The translations under genes were made by a program, and so were the position numbers. The notes under the pieces were generated by a model. That model was given only the letters and a program-made list of their open reading frames with translations. It was not told where the DNA came from and made no database searches. From Ignisphaera sp. (GTDB taxonomy: Archaea; Thermoproteota; Thermoprotei_A; Sulfolobales; Ignisphaeraceae): a DNA stretch of 21,163 nucleotides. Of this stretch, positions 1 to 8,637 are shown piece after piece (positions within the stretch are counted from its first letter, which is position 1; each line of letters starts with the position of its first letter). Location of the stretch: contig JAWAHS010000013.1 in NCBI GenBank assembly GCA_038889075.1, forward strand, positions 1-21,163, in the 5' to 3' direction.

Positions 1-1038
1 GCATTTATATGTAGGGATAGGGGTAGTAAGAGAGGGTCTGTTGCTATTGTGGGGGCTGGTCCAGCTGGTCTTGCTGCTGCTGGCTATCTTTCTTGCCAGG
101 GTTACGATGTTGATGTCTATGATAAGCTCCCCTATGCAGGGGGGCTCATGATGTTTGCCATACCCGGCTACAGGATATTTCCAGATAATGTTGTTGAGGG
201 TGTAGAGGATTTAAGGGATAGGCTGTCGGTAAGGTTTATGTTTAGGGTAAAGGTGTTTGCAAGAAATCAGGAGAGGCATGATGAGGGTGATGATTATGTT
301 GAGAGGACTATAGCATTGGAGGAATTGTTGGAGAGATACAATGCGATTCTTATAGCTACAGGTACATGGAGGTCTAGAAGGCTCGGTATAGAGGGTGAAA
401 ATGCTATAAATGTTGCTACAGCGCTGGAGTACCTCTATATGTGGAGACTCTACGAGGAAGGACTATCACCTAGACAACCGCCTAGGGGTAGAAGGGTTGT
501 TATTATAGGTGCGGGGCTTTCAGCTATTGATGCAGCTGAAAAGGCTTTAGAGGATGGAGCTGAGGTTTATCTAACCTATAGAAGGACTATAGCTGAGGCT
601 CCTGCAGGGGAGTATCCTATAATCAGCCTTATTAGAAGGGGTATTAGATGGATTGAGCTTGTTCAGCCTAGGAGGATTGTTTCTGTTGGTGGTTTTGCTA
701 GGGGTGTTGAGTTTGTTAGGGTTAGGCTTGGGGAGCTTGATGAGAGTGGTAGGCCTAGGCCTATAGCTATAGAGGGATCTGAATTCACAATAGAAACAGA
801 TCTAGTTATAGCAGCAGTAGGAGAAATACCAACACCACCATTCACAAAGTTTGTAGGTATTGAAACCGATGGAGGTGGCCGGATAGCTGTAGACAAGTCT
901 TATCGAACAGGTATTGAAAAGATTTTTGCTGCTGGAGATGTAGTTTCAGGACCCACCTTTATAGGCAGAGCATTTGGGTGTGGTCTAAGGACTGCAAGAT
1001 CCCTAGACATCTACCTAGCTACTAGGAGGTTTAGGTGA
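1..1038 (+). CDS. FAD/NADPH-dependent oxidoreductase, glutamate synthase small-subunit (GltD/SudA/NfnB)-like; 5' end lies just outside the window
   Basis: The frame is open from base 1 (AFICRDRGSKRGSVAIVGAGPAGL), so the track start at 49 is internal. Motifs: FAD-binding GAGPAG, GGLMMFAIPGYR, IATGTW, NADP-type GAGLSAID followed by YRR, LGELDESGRPRP, and IFAAGD. Confidence 0.9.
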   Translation, partial: AFICRDRGSKRGSVAIVGAGPAGLAAAGYLSCQGYDVDVYDKLPYAGGLMMFAIPGYRIFPDNVVEGVEDLRDRLSVRFMFRVKVFARNQERHDEGDDYVERTIALEELLERYNAILIATGTWRSRRLGIEGENAINVATALEYLYMWRLYEEGLSPRQPPRGRRVVIIGAGLSAIDAAEKALEDGAEVYLTYRRTIAEAPAGEYPIISLIRRGIRWIELVQPRRIVSVGGFARGVEFVRVRLGELDESGRPRPIAIEGSEFTIETDLVIAAVGEIPTPPFTKFVGIETDGGGRIAVDKSYRTGIEKIFAAGDVVSGPTFIGRAFGCGLRTARSLDIYLATRRFR

Positions 1039-1044
1039 TCGGTA

Positions 1045-1557
1045 TTGGCTGATGGTAGGGTGCCCCAGGTTTCATCAATGGCTGTAAGAAGATTTATACA
1101 GTATGATAGGTGTATAGGGTGCCATACCTGTGAGGAGGTCTGTGCCTTTCTACATGACGAGATCATGGGGATAGAGCTCTACGAGGCTGTACGAGGGCTT
1201 AAGAAACCTATATCGTGTTTCCACTGTGTGAGAGCTCCTTGTGTAGCGGTGTGTCCCACAGGGGCCCTTGTATACGATAGGGAGGGAGCTGTAGTGCTGA
1301 GAGCTACGAGGTGCATAGGATGCACCTCATGCATTACTGCATGTCCGTTTGGAGTACCACAGCTCCTCCCAATAGGCTATACAACAAAGTGTGATCTGTG
1401 TGCAAAGCTTAGGTCAGAAGGTCTAGAGCCTGGCTGCATAGCAGCCTGTCCAACAAATGCCATTATATGGACATCACCCGACGATCTAATTAAAAGGATT
1501 AGGAGAACAACTATAGCGAAAATTATGGAAGCCTACGGCTCAACATCCAAAGTATAG
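1045..1557 (+). CDS. Four-cluster 4Fe-4S electron-transfer protein (DmsB/HycB/CooF-like)
   Basis: Four Cys groups: CIGCHTCEEVC, CFHCVRAPCVAVCP, CIGCTSCITACP and KCDLC...PGCIAACP. TTG start with AGGTGA upstream, 6 bp after the previous stop. Confidence 0.9.
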   Translation: MADGRVPQVSSMAVRRFIQYDRCIGCHTCEEVCAFLHDEIMGIELYEAVRGLKKPISCFHCVRAPCVAVCPTGALVYDREGAVVLRATRCIGCTSCITACPFGVPQLLPIGYTTKCDLCAKLRSEGLEPGCIAACPTNAIIWTSPDDLIKRIRRTTIAKIMEAYGSTSKV

Positions 1558-1742
1558 ACCGGTACCACAGCCCATCCAAACGGTCACCGGACGACTACTA
1601 TATTGTGTAGATGATGCTTAAACAACTTGCTTTAACCAATTTTAAAACCAGAGTAGCTGGATCATCGCTCTAGGGACTATAGGCTCCATGTAATTGTTGA
1701 AATTTAGGGATGTAGTATATGGGAAAACAATTAGGATAGACT

Positions 1743-1960
1743 TTGAGATGCATTCCTATTGACGAGACTACCAGAAGAGCCAATATCATTGGCCTTCCTA
1801 TACTTGACGAGGCTGTACTGAGAATGTTCTATGAGGGAATGGAGCTCCATGTTGGAGGGAAGATGCACCTATATACCTATCCTTGCAGATGGGTATATAG
1901 CTTCGCCTTATATATTCACGAGGTTTGGATGTAGTAGAACAATCTTATAGTGAAGATTGT
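1743..1960 (+). pseudogene. Possible degraded remnant of a radical SAM/SPASM-domain gene
   Basis: Reading across frames gives ...LRMFYEG / NGAPC / GRCTYIPILADGYIASP, reminiscent of the SPASM C-x-x-G...I-x-x-DG motif. Several shifts are needed, so the call is weak. Confidence 0.2.
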
Positions 1961-2144
1961 AGGTTGATATGCTTTAAGTTCAGCAAGCTGAAAGCTTTGA
2001 AATATGGTAGAAAGGTTGTTAATCGGATGGAAATAAAATCCTACTCCAAAGCTGTAAAGGATGTGGTATACAGTTCTTCAAATATTTTTGAGAATCGAAG
2101 TTCCTAACACTATTTGAATTCATTATTGAAAGTTCACATAGATG

Positions 2145-2176
2145 GAAACACGTGTTTCGCAGAGTGCCTTATATAA
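2145..2176 (+). promoter_or_regulatory. 14-bp palindrome (candidate operator) plus TATA box of the 609-aa gene
   Basis: GAAACACGTGTTTC (2145-2158) is a perfect palindrome. TTATATAA is at 2169-2176, and an AGGTG RBS precedes the ATG at 2219. Confidence 0.6.
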
Positions 2177-2218
2177 GTGTAGTAGCCTAAACAATACCTG
2201 AACTAAAGGTGTTGAAAA

Positions 2219-4048
2219 ATGGGGATGCAAATAAATTTTGATAAAGATACTGGAATAAGGTCGGTAGCTATAGTACTACTATCGTTTTTAGCACTATCTA
2301 TGCTACCAGTATCCGGAACTGTACTAGCGGGGAGGAATGATAGTAATGCATCTGCTTACCAGGTTGAGCTGGTAAGGGCTGAAGTTCTCCGTATGATGCT
2401 TACTGTGGTAACTAATTTGAATATATCTGAAGGACTGAGGATATCCATAGATGAGCTACTGAGTGTTAATATATCTGATCTAGAGCTTGATGAGCTGAGG
2501 GAGTGGGTTTCAAATGCATCGAGGCTTCTAGCCGGTGTTGAGAGGGAGGTCAGGGAGGGTAGAGCATATGCTGTTGGTATAGCTCTACAGAGATATCTAA
2601 ATGGTCTTGCAGGAGCTGTTGAGGCTAGGGCTAGAAGATTCAATCTCACGAAAGAGGAGATAGAGGGGATAGTGGTTAGCATATCCCGTACTGGGACAGC
2701 CAGAGAAGAAGCTGTAAGGATTCTAGAGAGGGTGCGTGAAAGGATACAGATATACAATGTGAAGAGGTTTGCAGAATCTATTGTTAGAATGGGTGTGGAG
2801 AGTGTTGAGGAGGACTCCATAGAGTCGATTATAAGGGCGCAGCAGATGCTTGAGAAAGCTACTGGAATACTCAATGCAACAATTAATAGACTGGAGACTG
2901 CAAACATCTCGGATAATGCATTAGAGGCCATCAACCGTGCTATGGAGAACGTTAGAACGGCAAGGGAGATTCTGGGAAACATATCTAGTGAAATCGCTGG
3001 AGCTGCTACGCCTATTGAGAGGGAGCGGGTTAGAGAAGCTGTAAACAAAACACTTTCAAATATGGTTGAGAGAGTGCTGAATGAAGTTAGCGATGTTAGG
3101 GAGGAGATAGAGGTGCTTATCGAGGAGTGTAGAAATGCAAATGCAACACAGCTTGTAGGGAGGTTGGAGGCTCTACTTCGACAGCTAGATGATATAGCTA
3201 GTAAAGTTGCAAATATATCTACAGTAGATCTCCATACAGTAGTTTCAGAGATTTCAAGGGTAAAGCTCGAGGTTAAACGGATTGAGAGGGAGCTGGAGAT
3301 CAGCATTGAGGAGCTTCCAAGACACTTCATTGAACTGGATGAACTCTTTGACAAGACTGTTAGAGAGTTGAGGAGCCTTGTAGATGATGTCAATAGGGCT
3401 ATAGAGAGGCTTAGCACTATAGATACATCTAGAATTGTATGTATAGCCATATACCCACCTCCACCGGCATGTGAAATAGCTAGAAAGCTACCAGCAATTC
3501 TAGAGGAAGCTAGAAGAACTACTATAAATGTACAGCAGAGTATAGAGAAGGCTATAGAACTCTACAATATGGATAGAAGGAGTGAAGCACTTAATCTACT
3601 ACTTAGAATAAGGACAGAGCTACACTCTTTGAAATTCCAGCTAGAGAGCATAGAGAAGCTTCTACATGAATTTATAACAAAGACACAGATACCGCTAACA
3701 GCTACACCAGTTATACCACAGCCCCCAGTTACACCAAACAAGACAGCAGTGCAACTAAGTATAGCAAGGATCTATATTAGGGGGAGGACACTCCATATGA
3801 TAATGGCTATTAGAAATGGTGGAGCTAGGGATATTGAGGCGGATAGAGTTGTTATTAGAGCTGGAGATCTAGAGATAGAGAAGAGCGTAGATATAGTTGT
3901 TAGAGCTGGTTCTACAGTACAAGTAACAATAGGTATAGAGATCGATGTATCTACAGCTGTTAAGCTACTTCAATACCACCAAATCCTAATAGAGATATAT
4001 AGGGAAGGGAATTTGATAGCATCAGCAGCTACAAATATAGGTGTATAG
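2219..4048 (+). CDS. Hypothetical secreted/surface alpha-helical (coiled-coil) glycoprotein with P/T linker and C-terminal beta-rich (Ig-like) domain
   Basis: N-terminal hydrophobic signal (VAIVLLSFLALSMLPV), long E/R/L/I amphipathic helices, 13 N-x-S/T sequons counted by hand, a CIAIYPPPPAC loop, a TATPVIPQPPVTP linker and an alternating beta-strand pattern at the end. Confidence 0.8.
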   Translation: MGMQINFDKDTGIRSVAIVLLSFLALSMLPVSGTVLAGRNDSNASAYQVELVRAEVLRMMLTVVTNLNISEGLRISIDELLSVNISDLELDELREWVSNASRLLAGVEREVREGRAYAVGIALQRYLNGLAGAVEARARRFNLTKEEIEGIVVSISRTGTAREEAVRILERVRERIQIYNVKRFAESIVRMGVESVEEDSIESIIRAQQMLEKATGILNATINRLETANISDNALEAINRAMENVRTAREILGNISSEIAGAATPIERERVREAVNKTLSNMVERVLNEVSDVREEIEVLIEECRNANATQLVGRLEALLRQLDDIASKVANISTVDLHTVVSEISRVKLEVKRIERELEISIEELPRHFIELDELFDKTVRELRSLVDDVNRAIERLSTIDTSRIVCIAIYPPPPACEIARKLPAILEEARRTTINVQQSIEKAIELYNMDRRSEALNLLLRIRTELHSLKFQLESIEKLLHEFITKTQIPLTATPVIPQPPVTPNKTAVQLSIARIYIRGRTLHMIMAIRNGGARDIEADRVVIRAGDLEIEKSVDIVVRAGSTVQVTIGIEIDVSTAVKLLQYHQILIEIYREGNLIASAATNIGV

Positions 4049-4124
4049 AGTCAAAATAATTTTCCCTAAATATTCAAATGGAATCTAAAATAAACATTCA
4101 CATACCCCTAGGTGAAGAGATGGT

Positions 4125-4892
4125 ATGAGATTCGTCTTCCAGGCCCTAATCCCTATAACAATCCTATTAATTGTGACGATACCTGGTAGCATATATACAG
4201 AGATGCCGCCTAATATAACCATCTATATAGATGGAAATGGGGTAGCTATAGTAACCATAACTACAGATGCCATTGAGGGTATTAGCTCCATCTCCCTACC
4301 TATAGAGCCTTTGGAACCTACAATAGAGGTTAGATGCGATGACTATGAGATTCCATGGCTACTTACAGATACCCTACAGCTACACCTATACACTGAAAAC
4401 AGGTGTAGTGTTACAGTGAGCTATATAGCAAATGTATCGATTCAAGGAGGCGTGCTCGCCATAGATATAGCTGGTGGTATACCTGTAAAACTTGCTCTAG
4501 ATCCAAAAATAGTACTTTTAACAGTACCGCAAAACATAGCATCTGTAGCTTACGAAAATGGTCTACTCACAATAGTCTTCACCGGACCAGTAACAATAGC
4601 ATACACAATGCTAACAGAAAAACTGCCAACAACACAACCAACTAAATCACCGGTAGAGAGTTCAACACCAGCTCCATCAACAACACCCACTACTCCAACA
4701 CCATTACCTACAGCTACACCACTGATCTCCAAACCTACTCCACCACCGGCTATAACAACATCGCGGCAAACAATAGAAGAAATACGGACAGAAACTCTTC
4801 AACTAACAACAATAGTAGTTGTTGGGATAGCTATAGTAGCAACAACCGCAATATCCATCGTATTGTTAAAACACAGAGATAGTCTAAAATAG
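4125..4892 (+). CDS. Hypothetical membrane-anchored surface protein (signal peptide, beta-rich domain, P/T/S linker, C-terminal TM helix)
   Basis: GGTGA RBS; hydrophobic N-terminus; PTTQPTKSP...TTPTTPTPLPTATP linker; TIVVVGIAIVATTAISIVLL followed by KHR. Confidence 0.8.
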   Translation: MRFVFQALIPITILLIVTIPGSIYTEMPPNITIYIDGNGVAIVTITTDAIEGISSISLPIEPLEPTIEVRCDDYEIPWLLTDTLQLHLYTENRCSVTVSYIANVSIQGGVLAIDIAGGIPVKLALDPKIVLLTVPQNIASVAYENGLLTIVFTGPVTIAYTMLTEKLPTTQPTKSPVESSTPAPSTTPTTPTPLPTATPLISKPTPPPAITTSRQTIEEIRTETLQLTTIVVVGIAIVATTAISIVLLKHRDSLK

Positions 4893-5116
4893 CATTCAAT
4901 ATCTAGAAACCCCACCCAACCAATTTCTAATAAATTCTATAGATCTCGAAGGTATGGGCCGAGCTTAGACAGCTTCTCCATACCCTAATGAAATGGGAAA
5001 TATTCTAGGTGATATATACTTAGATGCCTTCTTCAAATTCTCTACAATTAAAGGCTTTCAGCAATTCTAAGATAAATCTACCTCCTACTACTCTTCCCTC
5101 TGCATGTTTCAACTTT

Positions 5117-6499
5117 TTACTTTAGAGAGGAGTTTATTAGCTTCTTTACATCCTCTTTAAGCTTTGCTAGAACCTCTTCATCGATTTCAAGGAGGGTTGG
5201 ATCACGGCCACGGCCCCAGCTGTAGATTATAGGTATAAGCTTACCGTTTCTACGTCTATAATAAAGATAGATGATCTTCTCTGAGAGTGCAATGTTCATC
5301 TTGTGCCAGTGGTTTACTACTCTAGAACCGAACCTCACAACTAGTTTACCTCTATTTTTAAGCCATAGCATTTCATTTATTAGCGTAGACCAGTACTCCT
5401 GCGGATCAGTAATGACATTGAATACCTCGACTCCATGGAACATAACTATGTCGGGGTTTAGCTTCTCGATAAGCTCAATAGTTATTGCATGTAGATGTGT
5501 TACTGAGTAGCTGGTTGGATTTATCGATTCAATGTATAGGTATTTCTCTAGAAGCTTTACTGCATCATCTCTGGCTAAGCCGGCGTATCTAGTAAGGGCT
5601 GCAATGTTTGCCTCTAGACTTTCATCTCGTGAGTATCTGTATGATAGAAAGAGTCCTCTAAGATTATTTGTGGCAAGCAGATCTATAAATGGTATTGCTA
5701 CAAGGGGGGTTCTAGCCATAGGTGGGTATGATACATAGACTATATCACCTCTTCTCACAGGTTCTAGTAGGTGTTTGGTAATCTCAAGGGTTCCGTGAAT
5801 CAAATCTCCTTTGCCTAGAGATCTTTCTGGTCTCGGAGGTAGGTATACCTTAAAACCTTCTCCCTCAACGATGGCAAAGGGCAACTCAGTTACAGAGACC
5901 GGTGTTCCGCGAGCCTTTCTAAGTTCAAGTATTCGTGAGAGTAAGCCACGTACAGACCTGTGCTTGAGGTAGAGTATAGCATCTGCGACAAACTCTATAG
6001 CTCCAAGCTCCAGGGACTCTCTTCCAAAGGGGAGTTCCGCTACAGCAACCAGCAGACCGTTAACTGCTTGGGCAAGCTGGTAAAAGAAGTTTAGAAGTAG
6101 TGCCCTCTGTGTTTCTCTCCTTTCACAGAGCTCTAAAGCAGCATTAACCGAATCTATCACTACAATATCGTATCTATTTTTCGCAACGAGCTCCGCTATG
6201 GTATTCATAATCTCTTCAGCTGATGTAATTGGAAGTCTAACAAACTGTAGCAGCCCCTTACCCTCAACCTCGCCCAACCTTATTCCAAGCCTCTCCATGT
6301 TATAGAACAGCCTATCTTTATCCTCATAGAATGTTATGTAGAGGCATCTCCTTCCCAGTAACGAATTTGCATAGCAGATCTTAGATGCAAGAGTAGTCTT
6401 ACCGGCACCAGGATGACCAACTATCAAAAGCATAGTACCAGGTCTAAGTCCACCAAGTAGAAAGTCGAGCTCCCTGGAACCAGTAGTAATTGTATCCAA
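5117..6499 (-). CDS. KaiC/RAD55-like RecA-superfamily ATPase, two domains, second domain degenerate
   Basis: ITTGSRELDFLLGG, Walker A GHPGAGKT, YITFYE, Walker B IVVIDS, EFVADAIL and LELRKARGT. The likely start is TTG at 6499 (GAGGGAG upstream), because the track start at 6571 lies upstream of the TATA box. Confidence 0.88.
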   Translation of the reverse strand: MDTITTGSRELDFLLGGLRPGTMLLIVGHPGAGKTTLASKICYANSLLGRRCLYITFYEDKDRLFYNMERLGIRLGEVEGKGLLQFVRLPITSAEEIMNTIAELVAKNRYDIVVIDSVNAALELCERRETQRALLLNFFYQLAQAVNGLLVAVAELPFGRESLELGAIEFVADAILYLKHRSVRGLLSRILELRKARGTPVSVTELPFAIVEGEGFKVYLPPRPERSLGKGDLIHGTLEITKHLLEPVRRGDIVYVSYPPMARTPLVAIPFIDLLATNNLRGLFLSYRYSRDESLEANIAALTRYAGLARDDAVKLLEKYLYIESINPTSYSVTHLHAITIELIEKLNPDIVMFHGVEVFNVITDPQEYWSTLINEMLWLKNRGKLVVRFGSRVVNHWHKMNIALSEKIIYLYYRRRNGKLIPIIYSWGRGRDPTLLEIDEEVLAKLKEDVKKLINSSLK

Positions 6500-6544
6500 T
6501 GAAGCTCCCTCAACATTCGCTATACATATCACTTCCCTTACTAT

Positions 6545-6558
6545 AAGTTTATAAACTT
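6545..6558 (-). promoter_or_regulatory. TATA box for the KaiC-like gene
   Basis: TTTATAAA (6548-6555) lies within the palindrome AAGTTTATAAACTT, with purine-rich TAAAG 5' of it on the minus strand. Confidence 0.55.
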
Positions 6559-6714
6559 TAATGCAATTCATACATCTATCTATAATCTAAATAATACATT
6601 TATAGCGGTCCATCACCTCCAACCTGGAGGATAGGGCTTTGAGTTGCAACCAATCTCTATACACAGGGATTTCCATGCGATCTACCCATTGATTCTAAAG
6701 CGTTAAATACTCTA

Positions 6715-7323
6715 TTAACAATGCAATCTAGTATCTCTATCTACTATTCTTGTAGATTGAAAAATGTATTGTTTATTTGTGTGTAGCAACTTCGCCATCA
6801 GGGGAACAGCTGTGATAATTACTAGAAGAGCTAGTGTGGCTATTATGAAGAGCTGTGGAGTGGTCAACTCAGTAGTTGGGTAGAGGTTTCCCTAGTTACC
6901 GTAACTGTTGTGGTGGCAATTGTAGAGGTCTTTATGGGGTTATGGTGCTACTAGCAAAGGTGGTTGATATAGATGGTGTTGCTGATGGTAGTGCTGAGGT
7001 CGTTTGTATACTAGGGCTAACTATTGTGGTGATCATACCAGTTTGTGCAGCTGTTGAAGCTATAGTTTTAGTAATTACCTTACCCTCTATACCTAGAATG
7101 ATCTCAATCTCGATAGATCCATCAGATCCTATGTCAACCTTAACCACCAGTTCTCTGCCACTCAAGTTATTCCACGTTCTCGGGAATGTGCGATGGTATC
7201 ACCTGGAGATACAGCAACATCTTTGTAGAAGATGTTCTGCTGATCTATATTGTCGTACTTGATAAGCTCTACGTCTATTGCTATGGGATAGTCACCTCTA
7301 TTACATACGGTGAAACTTCCCAT
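6715..7323 (-). pseudogene. 3' remnant of a membrane-anchored surface protein with at least 3 frameshifts
   Basis: Successive frames read SFTVCNRGDYPIAIDVELIKY...VAVSPGDT / SGRELVVKVDIGSDGSIEIEIILG...T/S-rich linker...TITP / IKTSTIATTTVTVTRET / YPTTELTTPQLFIIATLALLVIITAVPLMAKLL...stop at 6715. No signal peptide is present; the 5' part is missing next to the amidohydrolase stop. Confidence 0.7.
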
Positions 7324-7402
7324 GGGGAGAAGCTCATGTTGAGTGTATGTCTTGCAGTATTTATATGGAGAGCCAGGGGTATTGGATAAAAATGGGTGTA
7401 TG

Positions 7403-8617
7403 CTAGATCTCAAGTGAATAAACATTTACGGCATTTTTATATAGTATTCTCTCAGCTATTTCTAGAGCATCACTTAAATCTATTAAATCCAAAGAGAGCC
7501 ACTCTTTTAGCAGTGAAATAAGGGCTTTTCTCAATGCTACCGCACTTATCCAGTGTAGCTCCGGGGTGTAGTATCCATCTGAGGCATACATGATTTTTGA
7601 GGCTGGTGCTAGTTCTAGGGCTTCTCTAATCCTATGTTCTAGGTTAGCTAGGCCGAATGGAGTTGCTACAGATATATCCATGTATACGTTGGGGAAGGCA
7701 TTGGCCAGGTAGGATGTTATAGCAACATTGGGATATCCCCCATGCACTAGTACTATCTTTGTTTTTCTCGTTCTTTCATCTTTAAGAAACTGGAATAGTA
7801 GATGGGGAAAGCTCTTTGATAGTAGTATATCCTTATCCCCTATTCCTGTGTGTATCTGTACAACCTTGCCGTACTTCCTACACCTCTCTACAACTAGTGA
7901 GAGTACGTATTCTCTCAAAATCCTGATAACTGGGCCAAACCAGGTCTGTTCACAGTGTTTCTCTTTACATTCTGTGAATTCCTTTCTAGCCTCATCTTCG
8001 TCTCTCCACGATATATCTAAGCCGGTTCTGTATGCTATGATGGATTTAAATCCTACATATCTAGAGTCTTTGGCGAATTTTTCGATAGTGTGCTCTATAT
8101 CTGCTACAAAGTCTGTAAATGTGCTGCTCTCTTCAAAAATACGCTTTACATCCGGTTCAATTCTATGTATATATCTAGCTGAGATCCATCTGGGTAGCAA
8201 CTCCTCGAATTCCTCAATTCTTAGATTGGGCAGTGCATGCTCACCCCTAGCCTCAGAGTACCCATCATCAATAACAAGCCCTCTAATTCTAGCCTGTCTA
8301 AATAGAAGCTCTACATAGTCTCTAAAACTCCTTTCAACCAGCCCAGATCTCTTCTTCATAATTTTCAAGGGGTCTCCTAAGCCATCCACCTCTAGAAGTT
8401 TAGATAGCTCCCTCAGCATAAACCTGTATATCAGCAGAGTCTCCAGATCTCTAAACCCCTCTCCACCCTCATATGCCGGTCCTCCTATGGCTAGCAATCC
8501 AGCTAGATGCTCTGGCGATAATCTAACGTATCTAAAGGGATGCGAGTGTGTATCTATAATCCAGGTGTTCTGAATCCTCTCTTCAAACTCCAGAGATTCC
8601 CCTATCCTCTGACCCAC
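7403..8617 (-). CDS. Metal-dependent amidohydrolase, FluG/NodGS N-terminal-domain type
   Basis: IIDTHSHP (HxH), FKSIIAYRTGL, QIHTGIGDKD, VLVHGGYP, NVYMD, MYASDG and ILYKNA. Confidence 0.88.
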   Translation of the reverse strand: MGQRIGESLEFEERIQNTWIIDTHSHPFRYVRLSPEHLAGLLAIGGPAYEGGEGFRDLETLLIYRFMLRELSKLLEVDGLGDPLKIMKKRSGLVERSFRDYVELLFRQARIRGLVIDDGYSEARGEHALPNLRIEEFEELLPRWISARYIHRIEPDVKRIFEESSTFTDFVADIEHTIEKFAKDSRYVGFKSIIAYRTGLDISWRDEDEARKEFTECKEKHCEQTWFGPVIRILREYVLSLVVERCRKYGKVVQIHTGIGDKDILLSKSFPHLLFQFLKDERTRKTKIVLVHGGYPNVAITSYLANAFPNVYMDISVATPFGLANLEHRIREALELAPASKIMYASDGYYTPELHWISAVALRKALISLLKEWLSLDLIDLSDALEIAERILYKNAVNVYSLEI

Positions 8618-8637
8618 TATACTCCCCAGCTACTACC

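Noticed and set aside
2356-3450. 364-aa antisense ORF
   Set aside because: Ser/Leu-rich mirror of the 609-aa gene's codon usage, with no motifs.
4893-5116. Possible missing wHTH domain or small gene after the 255-aa protein
   Set aside because: The frames inspected on both strands have early stops and no HTH pattern.
6611-6630. CATCACCTCC anti-SD-like string and CCTCCA-acc-TGGAGG mini-hairpin
   Set aside because: Too short to be an rRNA fragment; the minus-strand ATG abuts the SD and gives only 8 codons.
7728-8318. 196-aa antisense ORF, and the other short ORFs nested in known genes (663-896, 4550-4732, 5271-5738, 9773-11005, 14673-14912, 16089-16292, 17756-19273, 20139-20659)
   Set aside because: All lie within well-supported genes, on the opposite strand or in another frame, and show no protein features.
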